This document shows, piece after piece, positions 19,142-29,349 of a stretch of DNA of 64,000 bases. The DNA is from an uncultured Mailhella sp. (GTDB lineage Bacteria > Desulfobacterota > Desulfovibrionia > Desulfovibrionales > Desulfovibrionaceae). Within the stretch, counting starts at the first letter, position 1. Every line of letters begins with the position of its first letter. Below the pieces are notes generated by a model, which worked only from the letters and a program-made list of their open reading frames with translations, was not told the DNA's origin and did no database searches. Position numbers and translations under genes: made by a program. The DNA lies in the NCBI GenBank assembly GCA_905192935.1, contig CAJJMX010000001.1:35837-99836 (forward strand), read 5' to 3'.

Positions 19142-21463
19142 ATGGGCAAGGATCTGATTATCGTGGAGTCACCGGCCAAGGTGAAGACCATCAAGAAATT
19201 TCTGGGAAACAAATACATGGTGCAGGCCAGCGTCGGGCATATCCGCGACCTGCCCACCAGAGAAATCGGCGTGGACGAGGCCCACGACTTTGCCCCTCAC
19301 TATGAAATCATCAAGGGCAAGGAAAAGGTGGTCCGGGATCTTCAGGACGCGGCCTCCAAGGCCGATACCGTCTATCTTGCGCCCGACCCCGACCGCGAGG
19401 GAGAAGCCATCGCCTGGCACATCGCCGAGGTCATCAAGAACAAGGCGAAGAACATCAAGCGCATCCAGTTCAACGAAATCACCTCGCGCGCCGTGAAGAA
19501 CGCGCTGGAGCATCCGCACGACATCAACCCCAATCTCTTCGACGCGCAGCAGGCCCGCCGCGTGCTCGACCGCCTCGTGGGCTACAAGATCTCTCCGCTC
19601 CTGTGGAAGACCGTGAAGCGCGGCATTTCCGCCGGTCGCGTGCAGTCCGTGGCGCTCCGGCTCATCGTGGAGCGCGAGGAGGAACGCCTCGCCTTCGTGC
19701 CCGAAGAATTCTGGACCTTCCGCGCCCTGCTTGCCGGAGCCACGCCCCCGCCCTTCAAGGCGGAACTCGTCAAAATAGAAACGGGCTTCGCCAAAAAGCT
19801 GAAGGAACTTTCCGGCAGCGACGACGCGAAGGACAAGGAAAAGAGCGCGCGCAAGATCCTCATAGCCAGCAAGGCCGCGGCCGACGCCATGGAACAGGCC
19901 ATGGCCGGTCAGCCCTTCGTGGTGTCGCAGGTCGAGGAAAAGGAACGCTCCCGCAATCCTCTGCCGCCCTTCACCACCTCCACGCTGCAGCAGACGGCCA
20001 ACCAGCGCATAGGCTTCACCTCCAAGCGCACCATGGCCACGGCCCAGCGGCTCTACGAAGGCATAGAGCTCGGCGAGAGGGGCACCACGGCCCTCATTAC
20101 CTACATGCGTACCGACTCCGTGCGCATCGCCGACGAAGCCAAGAAAAGCGCCGCCGAGTACATTGAACAGCGCTTCGGCAAGGACTACATGGCTCCCGGC
20201 GGAAAAGGCCGCTCCTTCAAGGGCAAGACCTCCGCGCAGGACGCCCACGAAGCCGTGCGTCCCGTCGACATCACGCTGACGCCTCAGGACGTGAAGGAAT
20301 TCCTCACGCCCGACCAGTACCGCCTCTATAATCTCATCTGGTGCCGCTTCGTGGCCTCGCAGATGGCCGCCGCCACCTATCACGACACGTCCGTCACCCT
20401 GACCTGCGGACCCGGCCTGTGGAAGGCCAAGGGCGAGCGACTGCTCTTCCCCGGCTTTCTCGCCGTCATGCCCCGCTCCGCGGATGAAGAGGAAGCCGCG
20501 CTTCCCGCCCTGCACGAAGGCGAAGTGGTCACCCTGCAGAAGCTGGAAAAGGAACAGAAGTTCACGCAGCCTGCGCCGCGCTATACCGAAGCCTCCCTCG
20601 TCAGGGAACTGGAAGAGCGCGGCATAGGCCGTCCTTCCACCTACGCCACCATCATTTCCACCATCGAAGACCGCGAATACGTGCGCCTCGAAGAGAAGCA
20701 CTTCGTGCCCACCGATCTCGGCAAGGTGGTCTGCTCACAGCTGCGCGATCACTTCGCAAGACTCATGGACGTGGGCTTCACCGCCGAGATGGAAAACAAT
20801 CTCGACAAGGTGGCCGACGGCGAGCTCGGCTGGGTGGACCTCATGAAGAGCTTCACCAAGGACTTCAATCCCACGCTGGAAGCCGCCGCCAAAAACATGG
20901 CTCCGGTCAAGGGCGGTCTCACCACCGACGTACCCTGCCCCGAATGCGGCAGGCCTCTCGTGGTGAAGTTCGGCAAGAGCGGCGAATTTCTGGCCTGCAC
21001 GGGCTACCCCGAATGCCGCTACACCACCAACTTCACCCGCGATGAAAAAGGCAAGATCATTCCCCAGGAGCGCCCGAAGGAAGAACATCAGAAAATGGGC
21101 ACCTGTCCCAAGTGCGGCGGCGACGTCATTCTCAAGCAGTCCCGCACGGGAAGCCGCTTCCTGAGCTGCTCCCGCTATCCCGACTGCGACTACGCCGCCC
21201 CCTTCTCCACGGGCGTAACCTGCCCCAAGTGCGGCAAGGGAACCCTGGTGGAAAAAAGCTCACGCAAGGGCAAGCTGTTCTATTCCTGCTCCCGCTATCC
21301 CGAATGCGACTACGCCGTATGGGACTGGCCCGTGGCCGAAACCTGCCCAGAATGTCACTCGCCCGTTCTGGTCATCAAGACCACACGCGCACGCGGCCGC
21401 CACATAGCCTGTCCCAATCCCAAGTGCCGCTACACAAGAGAGCTCGACGAGGGACAGAACTGA
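19142..21463 (+). CDS. topA: DNA topoisomerase I
   Basis: IVESPAK, DPDREGEAI, SAGRVQS, ITYMRTD (catalytic Tyr), C-terminal Zn-ribbon repeats. Confidence 0.98.
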   Translation: MGKDLIIVESPAKVKTIKKFLGNKYMVQASVGHIRDLPTREIGVDEAHDFAPHYEIIKGKEKVVRDLQDAASKADTVYLAPDPDREGEAIAWHIAEVIKNKAKNIKRIQFNEITSRAVKNALEHPHDINPNLFDAQQARRVLDRLVGYKISPLLWKTVKRGISAGRVQSVALRLIVEREEERLAFVPEEFWTFRALLAGATPPPFKAELVKIETGFAKKLKELSGSDDAKDKEKSARKILIASKAAADAMEQAMAGQPFVVSQVEEKERSRNPLPPFTTSTLQQTANQRIGFTSKRTMATAQRLYEGIELGERGTTALITYMRTDSVRIADEAKKSAAEYIEQRFGKDYMAPGGKGRSFKGKTSAQDAHEAVRPVDITLTPQDVKEFLTPDQYRLYNLIWCRFVASQMAAATYHDTSVTLTCGPGLWKAKGERLLFPGFLAVMPRSADEEEAALPALHEGEVVTLQKLEKEQKFTQPAPRYTEASLVRELEERGIGRPSTYATIISTIEDREYVRLEEKHFVPTDLGKVVCSQLRDHFARLMDVGFTAEMENNLDKVADGELGWVDLMKSFTKDFNPTLEAAAKNMAPVKGGLTTDVPCPECGRPLVVKFGKSGEFLACTGYPECRYTTNFTRDEKGKIIPQERPKEEHQKMGTCPKCGGDVILKQSRTGSRFLSCSRYPDCDYAAPFSTGVTCPKCGKGTLVEKSSRKGKLFYSCSRYPECDYAVWDWPVAETCPECHSPVLVIKTTRARGRHIACPNPKCRYTRELDEGQN

Positions 21464-21472
21464 ATGATGAAC

Positions 21473-21507
21473 ACGGCCCGGGAACACGTTCCCGGGCCGT
21501 TTCGTTT
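21473..21507 (+). terminator. Probable terminator after topA
   Basis: ACGGCCCGGGAAC-ac-GTTCCCGGGCCGT followed by TTCGTTT. Confidence 0.65.
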
Positions 21508-21816
21508 CCGCTTTTCACGCCGGCTCCGCGGACGCGGATCGTCCCGGACGACGGCCGAAGCTTCCGGACTCAGGGCCGCCTTGAAGCAACCCGCTTTTCC
21601 CCTCCATATCCGTACAAAAAAGACCGTTCTTTCTCACTTCGATACGGCACAAAAAATCCTTCGGCACGGCTTTGCCGTGAATCATGCGGTCGCGGGAATG
21701 GACAAAGTCCCGTAAATCTTTAATCTCAGAAGCACGCATGAACACCACCATCAAGCGGGCGGCCGCGTGCGGAGCTTTGTGCCCTGCTTTCCGTTCCGCG
21801 TCCCGGAGCAGCAGCC

Positions 21817-23472
21817 ATGAAAAAAAACTACTGTGCCACCATTTCCCAAAGCACCAACCCTCTGGCCACGCACGGCATGGTGACTTCCCCCCATCATCTG
21901 GCTACGCAGGCCGGACTCGACATCCTGCGCCGCGGCGGCAACGCCGTGGACGCCGCCATAGCTACCGCCGTCACGCTGACCGTGGTCTATCCGCAGATGT
22001 GCACGCCGGGCGGCGACAATTTCTGGCTCATCTACAACGCCGGGACAGGGGAACTCAAAGGACTGAACGCCAGCGGCCGCGCAGGCTCGAAGGCCACCAT
22101 GGACTTCTACGCCTCCAAGGGCCTGAAACACATCCCCTCGCGCGGCCCTCTTGCGGCCAACACCGTCCCCGGCGCCGTTTCAGGCTGGGACGAGGCCTAC
22201 CGCTACAGCCGCTCCGCCCTCAAAACGACCATGTCATGGAAGGACCTTTTCTCCTCTGCCGTCTCCTACGCCGAAGAGGGCTGTCCGGTGAGCACATCTC
22301 TCGCCTTCTGGAGCGCCGTGAACGCCAATCCCAACGACAAGGTATTCCGGGCCCTGCAAAGATTCCCGGAATTCGCCCGCGTGTTCATGAAGGACGGCAG
22401 GCCGCTCGTCACGGGCGACCTGTTCCGGCAGCCGGATCTTGCCGCCACGTTGCGCATCATTGCCGAAAAAGGTGCCGAAGAATTCTACAAGGGCAGCATA
22501 GCCCAGAAGATCGCAGCCGATCTGGAAAAGAACGGCGGACTGCTCACGCTTGAGGACTTTGCCTCGCACAAGGCCGACTGGGTAAGCCCCATACGCGTGA
22601 ACTACCGGGGACTGACGGCCTGCAATCTGCCGCCGAACACGCAGGGCATGGCCTCCCTTGAAATTCTGAACATCCTGAACAACTTCGACGTGAAGGCCAT
22701 GGGAGAAGGCAGCGCCGACTACTGTCACGCCATCATCGAGGCCACCAAGGAAGCCTTCATCGACCGCGACCGCTATCTTTCCGATCCAAATTTCGTGTCC
22801 ATTCCTCTGGACGACCTGCTTTCGGAAGAACACGGCAGGAAGCAGGCCGCGCGCATCGACATGACAAGAGCCGCCGCTTCCAGAGCTCCTCTCGATCCCA
22901 AGGGAGACACCATCTGGCTCGGCGTGGTGGACAGGGACGGCAACGCCGTCTCCCTCATCCAGAGCATCTATCACGACTTCGGCTCCGGCATCGTGGCCGA
23001 AGGCACGGGCGTGCTCCTTCAGAACCGCGGAAGCTTCTTCTCCCTCGATCCGAACCATGTGAACCGTCTTGAACCCGGAAAACGCACCATGCACACGCTG
23101 AATCCGGCCATGCTTCTCAAGAACGGCAAACCCTATCTGGTGTACGGCACCATGGGCGGCGAAGGACAGCCGCAGACGCAGGCCGCCATCGTGACCCGCG
23201 TGGTGGACTTCGGCATGACGCCACAGGAGGCCGTCACCGCTCCCCGCTGGCTCTACGGCCGCACCTGGGGCGCGGCATCCAACGACGTGAAAATCGAAGG
23301 CCGCATCCCCGCAGCCGTGGTCGAGGAGCTGGCAAAACGCGGTCATCCGGTCAAGGTGGTGAAGGACTTCACCGACACCATGGGCCATGCCGGGGCCATT
23401 CTCGTGCATGACAACGGCGTGCTTCAGGGCGCGACCGATCCCAGAGGCGACGGCCTTGCCGCAGGCTTCTGA
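21817..23472 (+). CDS. Gamma-glutamyltransferase-family Ntn hydrolase (YwrD/HpxW-like, no signal peptide)
   Basis: GGNAVDAAIA, PPNTQG, GD|T autoprocessing site, GTMGGEGQPQTQ, DPRGDG. Confidence 0.9.
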   Translation: MKKNYCATISQSTNPLATHGMVTSPHHLATQAGLDILRRGGNAVDAAIATAVTLTVVYPQMCTPGGDNFWLIYNAGTGELKGLNASGRAGSKATMDFYASKGLKHIPSRGPLAANTVPGAVSGWDEAYRYSRSALKTTMSWKDLFSSAVSYAEEGCPVSTSLAFWSAVNANPNDKVFRALQRFPEFARVFMKDGRPLVTGDLFRQPDLAATLRIIAEKGAEEFYKGSIAQKIAADLEKNGGLLTLEDFASHKADWVSPIRVNYRGLTACNLPPNTQGMASLEILNILNNFDVKAMGEGSADYCHAIIEATKEAFIDRDRYLSDPNFVSIPLDDLLSEEHGRKQAARIDMTRAAASRAPLDPKGDTIWLGVVDRDGNAVSLIQSIYHDFGSGIVAEGTGVLLQNRGSFFSLDPNHVNRLEPGKRTMHTLNPAMLLKNGKPYLVYGTMGGEGQPQTQAAIVTRVVDFGMTPQEAVTAPRWLYGRTWGAASNDVKIEGRIPAAVVEELAKRGHPVKVVKDFTDTMGHAGAILVHDNGVLQGATDPRGDGLAAGF

Positions 23473-23634
23473 TTCTTCCGCCTGCCGCTCATAAAAAAAC
23501 GCCTTTTTCCCCTTCGCCCTGCCGAGGAAGCCTTCCCGGCAGCAAACGGGCAAAGACGCCTTCCTGCGACACGACGCGGGACGGATTCCGACAGAGAACC
23601 CGTCCCGCATTCGTCAAGCTCAGGAGTGCGGAAG

Positions 23635-24105
23635 CTACAGTTCCACGCTCCCGTCCCGGCGGGGCGAACTTTCCGGCGCGCTCTTCGGCTTCAGGCCTTC
23701 CACGGCGTCGCCGAGTTCCCGCATGGCCCGGCCCATCTGGCGGCCGAGACTCTCTCCGAGTGCCGCCGCACCGTCGCGGGCATCGTCCCAGGCGCGCGAC
23801 ACGCGATCACGGGTGCGATCCTCTTGAAGATTGTCGAGCGTGCGGGGCCCGAGACCGTGAAGCTGCCTGCCGAGCGTCTCCAGACGCTCCCGCGTCACCC
23901 TGCCGTCCGCAAAGGCCTCCCGGAGAAGCGGCAGGACCTTGTCCTTGTAGTCCGCGGCGGAATACAGATCGCGCAGAGACAGGAGTCCGCCGTATTCGGC
24001 CGGAGTGATTTCCGCCTCCCGCCAGGCCTTCCGTTCCAGATATTCGTTGACGCCGAGACCGGCACAAGCTGCCGCCAGCACGACAATGATGATGTTTCTG
24101 AACAT
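23635..24105 (-). CDS. Hypothetical membrane-anchored protein
   Basis: GAGGAGG RBS, N-terminal hydrophobic helix, helical C-terminus; follows sfsA. Confidence 0.65.
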   Translation of the reverse strand: MFRNIIIVVLAAACAGLGVNEYLERKAWREAEITPAEYGGLLSLRDLYSAADYKDKVLPLLREAFADGRVTRERLETLGRQLHGLGPRTLDNLQEDRTRDRVSRAWDDARDGAAALGESLGRQMGRAMRELGDAVEGLKPKSAPESSPRRDGSVEL

Positions 24106-24181
24106 GGTCCACCTCCTCGGCAGATGATGAACGGAGCACTCCGTACCGTGTCGCCTGTTCCTGAAAAGAGCGTTCCCTGAC

Positions 24182-24904
24182 TCACGACTCCCGATACGCA
24201 AGCATACCGCCGTAATGGATACCGTCCTCTCTTACGTGCACAACCGTGGGATACACTTCCACCCCGGCATGCACGGCAAGACGCAGCGCTTCGGCATAGT
24301 CGGGATCAATATAGTCGGCCGCCTGGAAGCATCGGCCGTCAGGCCGCTGAATGACGTACAGCATGGCGGCCCGGCGTCCTTCCGCCGCAAGACGCATGAG
24401 CGTGTGAAGATGCTTTGCTCCCCGGGTCGTGACCGCATCGGGAAACGCGGCCACACCGTCTTCCACCAGCGTCACGTTCTTGCACTCCACCCAGAGCTCA
24501 GGAAGATCAGGTCCCGTGAAAAGACCGTCGAGACGGCTCTCGCCGTTCACGGCCTCGCGCCTGAGTGCGTCATAACCTTCGGCCCAGGCGAACAGGCCTT
24601 TCCGAAACATGGCTTCAAGCAGCCGGTTGGGCATGGAGGTGTTCACGCCCACCCAGAAGAAGCCGCTTCCGTCGGGCTGTCCCAGAGCCTCCACCGTCCA
24701 TTTCAGCTTTCGCGCAGGATTCTGCGCCGGAGAAAGAAGAACCGGACAGCCCGGCCGGAGAAGTCCGAGCATGGTGCCGGTATTGTTGGTGTGCGCCGTC
24801 ACCTCGCATCCGTCCAGTTCCGCGATCACGAAAAAGCGCTTTTCCCGGCGGATGAAACGACCGACACGACAGCCTTCGGGATATGTCAGAAGCAGCGTTT
24901 CCAT
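24182..24904 (-). CDS. sfsA: Sugar fermentation stimulation protein / nuclease SfsA
   Basis: HTNNTGTM, SRLD, WVECKNVTL, FPDAVTTRGAKHL. Confidence 0.93.
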   Translation of the reverse strand: METLLLTYPEGCRVGRFIRREKRFFVIAELDGCEVTAHTNNTGTMLGLLRPGCPVLLSPAQNPARKLKWTVEALGQPDGSGFFWVGVNTSMPNRLLEAMFRKGLFAWAEGYDALRREAVNGESRLDGLFTGPDLPELWVECKNVTLVEDGVAAFPDAVTTRGAKHLHTLMRLAAEGRRAAMLYVIQRPDGRCFQAADYIDPDYAEALRLAVHAGVEVYPTVVHVREDGIHYGGMLAYRES

Positions 24905-25100
24905 GACCTTTCCTTCCTTTTGCCGCAAGTCTCGATGCTGCGCGGCCGGAAAAAGGCCTCCCGGAGCACAAATGCCGCACAACAGGCCGCCGCAAGGCCT
25001 TTCATATGCCAAACATCAATTTACAGGCCGCATTGAAGTTGATAGAGTTTAGCGTGACCGTCAGGCCTTTTATTGCTCATATCAACCAGGAAACGCAACC

Positions 25101-26270
25101 ATGAACTTTGCCGATAGAATGAAAAAGATCAAGCCCTCCGCCACCCTTGCCATCAATGCCAAGGCCCTCGAAATGAAGGCGAAGGGAATAGCCGTCACCA
25201 GCCTTGCCGTGGGCGAGCCCGACGCCCCCACCCCGCTTCACATCTGCGAAGCCGCAAAGAAGGCCATCGACGAAAACTTCACCAAGTATACCCCCGTCAA
25301 CGGCATTCTGGAAGCACGCAACGCGGTGTGCCATTATTTTCAGCGCCAGTACCAGGTCTCGGCCCGGCCGGAAAACGTCATCCTCACCACCGGAGGCAAG
25401 CAGTCCCTGGCCAACACGCTTATGGTCATGCTCAACGACGGCGACGACGTGCTTCTTCCCTGCCCTTACTGGACGAGCTATCCCGACCTCATCCGCATTG
25501 CCGGAGGCAATCCCGTGCTCGTCAAGGCGGACTCCTCCCGCGGCTTCCGCATCGACCCGTCCGATCTTGAAAAGGCCCTCACGCCCAAAACCCGCATGCT
25601 GATCCTGAACTCGCCCTCCAACCCCACGGGCGTCGCCTATACGCAGGAAGAACTGGACGCTCTCGTCAGCTGGTGCTTCGAACACGACGTTTTCGTGCTC
25701 GCCGACGAAATGTACGAACAGCTCGTCTACGACGGCAAACCCGTGAGCGCCTCGCGCTGGTGGGAAAAATATCCTGAGAAGATCGCCATCCTGAACGGCC
25801 TGTCCAAGGCCTTCTCCATGCCCGGCTGGCGCGTGGGATACACGCTCGGACACGAGGATCTCATCAAGCAGTGCTCCAAGCTGCAGGGTCAGATGACCTC
25901 CCATATGTGCTCCATCGCCCAGAAGGCCGCCGTGGCCGCGCTCGACGGCCCCTACGACTGCGTGGAAGAAATGCGTCTCTCCTTCCTGCGCCGCCGCGAT
26001 CTCGCCATGGCTGAAATTTCTACCTGGCCCGGCGTGGTGTGCCATCGTCCCGGTGGAGCCTTCTATCTCTTCCCGGACGTAAGCGCTCTGTTCACTCCCG
26101 AAATGCCCAGCGGCGAAGCCGTCTGCACCCTCCTTCTGGAGAAGGCCCGCGTGGCCTGCGTGCCCGGCGAGGCCTTCGGCGATCCGCACTGCATCCGTCT
26201 TTCCTACGCCGTTGCCGACGACGTTCTCATGGATGCCCTGCAGCGCATAAAGAAAGCCCTGTACGACTGA
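25101..26270 (+). CDS. aspC: Aspartate aminotransferase (class I/II PLP)
   Basis: GEPD, NSPSNPTG, DEMY, NGLSKAFSMPGWRVGY, IRLSYA. Confidence 0.88.
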   Translation: MNFADRMKKIKPSATLAINAKALEMKAKGIAVTSLAVGEPDAPTPLHICEAAKKAIDENFTKYTPVNGILEARNAVCHYFQRQYQVSARPENVILTTGGKQSLANTLMVMLNDGDDVLLPCPYWTSYPDLIRIAGGNPVLVKADSSRGFRIDPSDLEKALTPKTRMLILNSPSNPTGVAYTQEELDALVSWCFEHDVFVLADEMYEQLVYDGKPVSASRWWEKYPEKIAILNGLSKAFSMPGWRVGYTLGHEDLIKQCSKLQGQMTSHMCSIAQKAAVAALDGPYDCVEEMRLSFLRRRDLAMAEISTWPGVVCHRPGGAFYLFPDVSALFTPEMPSGEAVCTLLLEKARVACVPGEAFGDPHCIRLSYAVADDVLMDALQRIKKALYD

Positions 26271-26375
26271 TGAAGACCGTTCCCTGCCCCGAAAGGGACA
26301 GGGAACGGCCGAACCTGTCGGAACTTCATACTTGAAGATACGTTGCTCAAAACCTCTTTCCCGGATGGTACGTTT

Positions 26376-27698
26376 ATGACTCAGGCGAAACTTGATTGGG
26401 CTCATGCTTGGCTCGGCGGCGTTGCCGACCGTCCTTCCGACGACACCCGCTTCATCGAGAAGCTGAAGCAGGAACTGCCGGTACTTCCCTTCCTGGCGCT
26501 TCCCTTTGCGGAAGACCTCATTCATCAGCTTGAAATCCATGAAGAATTTCTGAGAAGCTTCAAGCATATGCTGCTGCTCGGCATCGGCGGCTCGGCGCTC
26601 GGTCCCCGCGCGCTCCAGCGTGCCTTCGCCCCCGGGCAGGACCGTCCCAACCATGACGGCCCGAGTCTCTGGATCGCCGACAACGTGCATCCCGAATGGC
26701 TCCAGGAACATCTGGACAAGCTCGTGCCCGAGGATACGCTGGTGGTCGTGGTCAGCAAGTCCGGCGGTACCATCGAGACCATCGCGCAGTATCTCATCGT
26801 TCTGCCCTGGCTGCAGGCAAAGCTCCCCGGAACCTGGCAGGAACATCTTTTCGTGGTGACCGACGCCAACAAGGGCTTTTTGCGCGACGAGGTGGACAAG
26901 TACGCCCTGCGCTCCCTGCCCGTGCCCGACAACCTCGGCGGCCGCTACTCCGTACTTTCCGCCGTAGGCATGGTTCCTGCGGTGTTCCTCGGCATGGACT
27001 GGAAGGGACTCATTCAGGGCGCCATTTCCGTGGGCCGTCCGCTGGCGGAAAACCCCGACACGCTCCTTGACCACCCCGCATGGAAACTCGCCCGCTGGGC
27101 ATGGCAGATGTCCGAGGCCGGCAAGAGTCAGATCATCTACTTCTGCTACATCCCCGCCTGGTCCACCTTCGGCCCCTGGTTCTGCCAGCTCTGGGCCGAG
27201 AGCCTCGGCAAGGACGGCAAGGGCACCATGCCCATTCCCGCCACCGGCGTGACCGATCAGCACTCCCTGCTGCAGATGTTCCTCGACGGCCCCAAGGACA
27301 AGATCTGCCTTTTCGTCAGCACGCCCGCCAACAAGACGCTTCTGCCCATGCCCACCAAGCTGCCCGAGCAGTGGCAGTATCTGAAGGGCCATACCTTCGG
27401 CGACATCCTCGACGCCGAAACCCTGGCCACGCGCGCCACGCTGGCCCAGAAGGACGTTCCCGTCGTGCATCTCGACATGCCCGACGAAAGCGCCTTCTCC
27501 GCAGGCAAGATGATGATGCTGCTTGAGGCCGCCACCATCTTCACCGGCTGGCTCATGGGCATCAACCCCGTGGATCAGCCCGCCGTGGAAAACGGAAAGA
27601 AGCTGGCCCGTGCCCGTCTCGGCATGCCCGGCTCCGAGGAAGATGCGGCCAGACTGGCCCTGTTCACCGCCATTCCGTCGCAGACCATGGACTTCTAG
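26376..27698 (+). CDS. pgi: Glucose-6-phosphate isomerase
   Basis: GIGGSALG, SKSGGTIET, GGRYSVLS, QLWAESLGK, DQHS, DQPAVENGK. Confidence 0.95.
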   Translation: MTQAKLDWAHAWLGGVADRPSDDTRFIEKLKQELPVLPFLALPFAEDLIHQLEIHEEFLRSFKHMLLLGIGGSALGPRALQRAFAPGQDRPNHDGPSLWIADNVHPEWLQEHLDKLVPEDTLVVVVSKSGGTIETIAQYLIVLPWLQAKLPGTWQEHLFVVTDANKGFLRDEVDKYALRSLPVPDNLGGRYSVLSAVGMVPAVFLGMDWKGLIQGAISVGRPLAENPDTLLDHPAWKLARWAWQMSEAGKSQIIYFCYIPAWSTFGPWFCQLWAESLGKDGKGTMPIPATGVTDQHSLLQMFLDGPKDKICLFVSTPANKTLLPMPTKLPEQWQYLKGHTFGDILDAETLATRATLAQKDVPVVHLDMPDESAFSAGKMMMLLEAATIFTGWLMGINPVDQPAVENGKKLARARLGMPGSEEDAARLALFTAIPSQTMDF

Positions 27699-27867
27699 CC
27701 CGAACCGGGGCGGCGGCCGCATGACCGTCCCCGCCCCATGACAAACCATGGTCTTCTTCTCTCAGGCAGGAAGACACCGCGACCCGATTCCAGGAGGGGG
27801 AGGCTCTACCTCCCCCTCCTTCCATCAGTAACATCCTGTCGATATTCATATTTTTGAAGGAATTTCC

Positions 27868-29349
27868 ATGGATGACGCAAGTCAGAACAGCGCAGAAAAC
27901 AAGCTGCCGTTCAATCTGGCCAAGTTCTTTTCCTATATCTCGCTGGTGCTGATACTCATTTCCAGCGTCATCCTCACGCTTTTTATCGGCAGCACCATGA
28001 ACCGCTCCATGCTGGAAAGCCAGGAGGAGTACGCCCTGCTGCTTGCGGACAACATCAACCGCCAGATCTTCCGCAAGTTCACGCTGCCCGTCACCTATGC
28101 CTCGGGCCGTGTGGCGCTTTCCAACCCTGCCCAGTACAAGCTGCTCGACGAAGTCATACAGTCTCAGCTGCACGGACTTCAGCTGGAAAGCGTACGCCTT
28201 TTCGACGACCACTATACCATCCTCTATTCCACGGATCCCAAGGAAGTGCGTCGCACCGACATGTATACGGCGGGCATACCGCTGGTGTTCGAGGGCAAGC
28301 CCCATCACTTCGACGTGATCTCGGCCATTCCCTACGCGCAGGCGCTCATCACGCCGCATCTGGAAAAGGGAACCTTTCTGCTGCGCACCATATTTCCGCT
28401 CACCGTGGACGCCGACTTTCAGGGTCTCAGGCTGCACGGACAGCCCGTGCCCGTTCTCGGCGTGCTGGAAATCGTGCAGGACATGACCCCTCAGTACCGG
28501 GGCACCATACGCTCGCAGTGGCTCATCATCACGGGCTTTCTCATTTCCACGCTCATACTCTTTTTCCTGCTGCACTTCGTGGCCCGCAAGGCCGAGTACA
28601 CCCTGAGCCGCCGCATGGCCATGAACCGTCAGCTGGAAGCCCAGCTTCATCAGGCGGAAAAGCTGGCCAGCATGGGCCGCATGGTGGCTTCCATCGCCCA
28701 TGAGATCAGGAATCCTCTGGGCATCATCCGTTCAAGCTCGGAGTTTCTCATCCGACGTCACAAAACCGAAGACGCCACCACACAGGCCATGCTGTCCGCC
28801 ATTTACGACGAATCCTGCCGTCTCGGCACCACCGTGAACGACTTTCTGGACTACGCCCGTCCGCGTCAGCCGAGACAGGATTCGGTCAATCTTCAGGACA
28901 TCATCAACAAGGCCATGGCCTTCCTCGGCGGAGAATTTCAACGTCAGGGCGTGGAGGTGCACATCAACATCGCGCCCGGCACCGTCGTTCTCGGCGACGC
29001 CGACCTTCTTTACCGCGCCTTCTACAACATTCTCGCCAACGCGCAGCAGGCCATGCAGGGCAAGGGAGAAATATTCATCGACAGCGTACAGCTTGCCGAC
29101 GGACGGACCGGTCTTACCTTCAGGGATACGGGCCCCGGCTTCAGCGAAGACTCGCTTTCCAAGGCCATGGACCCGTTCTTCACCACCAAGGACAACGGCA
29201 CCGGTCTCGGTCTGCCCATCGTGCAGGCCATCATCGACTCCCACGGCGGCAGCATGAAGCTGGCCAACGCCCCGCAGGGCGGCGCCCTCATAACCATAAG
29301 CTTCCCCACGCGACAGCCGACGGAAGAACAAGGAAAAAACCATGAGTGA
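27868..29349 (+). CDS. Membrane sensor histidine kinase (NtrB/ZraS-like)
   Basis: Two TM helices; AHEIRNPL H-box; N, DTGPG, FFTTK, GTGLGL boxes. Confidence 0.95.
   Translation: MDDASQNSAENKLPFNLAKFFSYISLVLILISSVILTLFIGSTMNRSMLESQEEYALLLADNINRQIFRKFTLPVTYASGRVALSNPAQYKLLDEVIQSQLHGLQLESVRLFDDHYTILYSTDPKEVRRTDMYTAGIPLVFEGKPHHFDVISAIPYAQALITPHLEKGTFLLRTIFPLTVDADFQGLRLHGQPVPVLGVLEIVQDMTPQYRGTIRSQWLIITGFLISTLILFFLLHFVARKAEYTLSRRMAMNRQLEAQLHQAEKLASMGRMVASIAHEIRNPLGIIRSSSEFLIRRHKTEDATTQAMLSAIYDESCRLGTTVNDFLDYARPRQPRQDSVNLQDIINKAMAFLGGEFQRQGVEVHINIAPGTVVLGDADLLYRAFYNILANAQQAMQGKGEIFIDSVQLADGRTGLTFRDTGPGFSEDSLSKAMDPFFTTKDNGTGLGLPIVQAIIDSHGGSMKLANAPQGGALITISFPTRQPTEEQGKNHE

Noticed and set aside
21662..21676. 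CGGCACGGCTTTGC as a sigma-54 promoter for the GGT-family gene
   Set aside because: GG-to-GC spacing is 9, not 10; a TGGACA-16-TAATCT sigma70-like element at 21699-21726 fits better.
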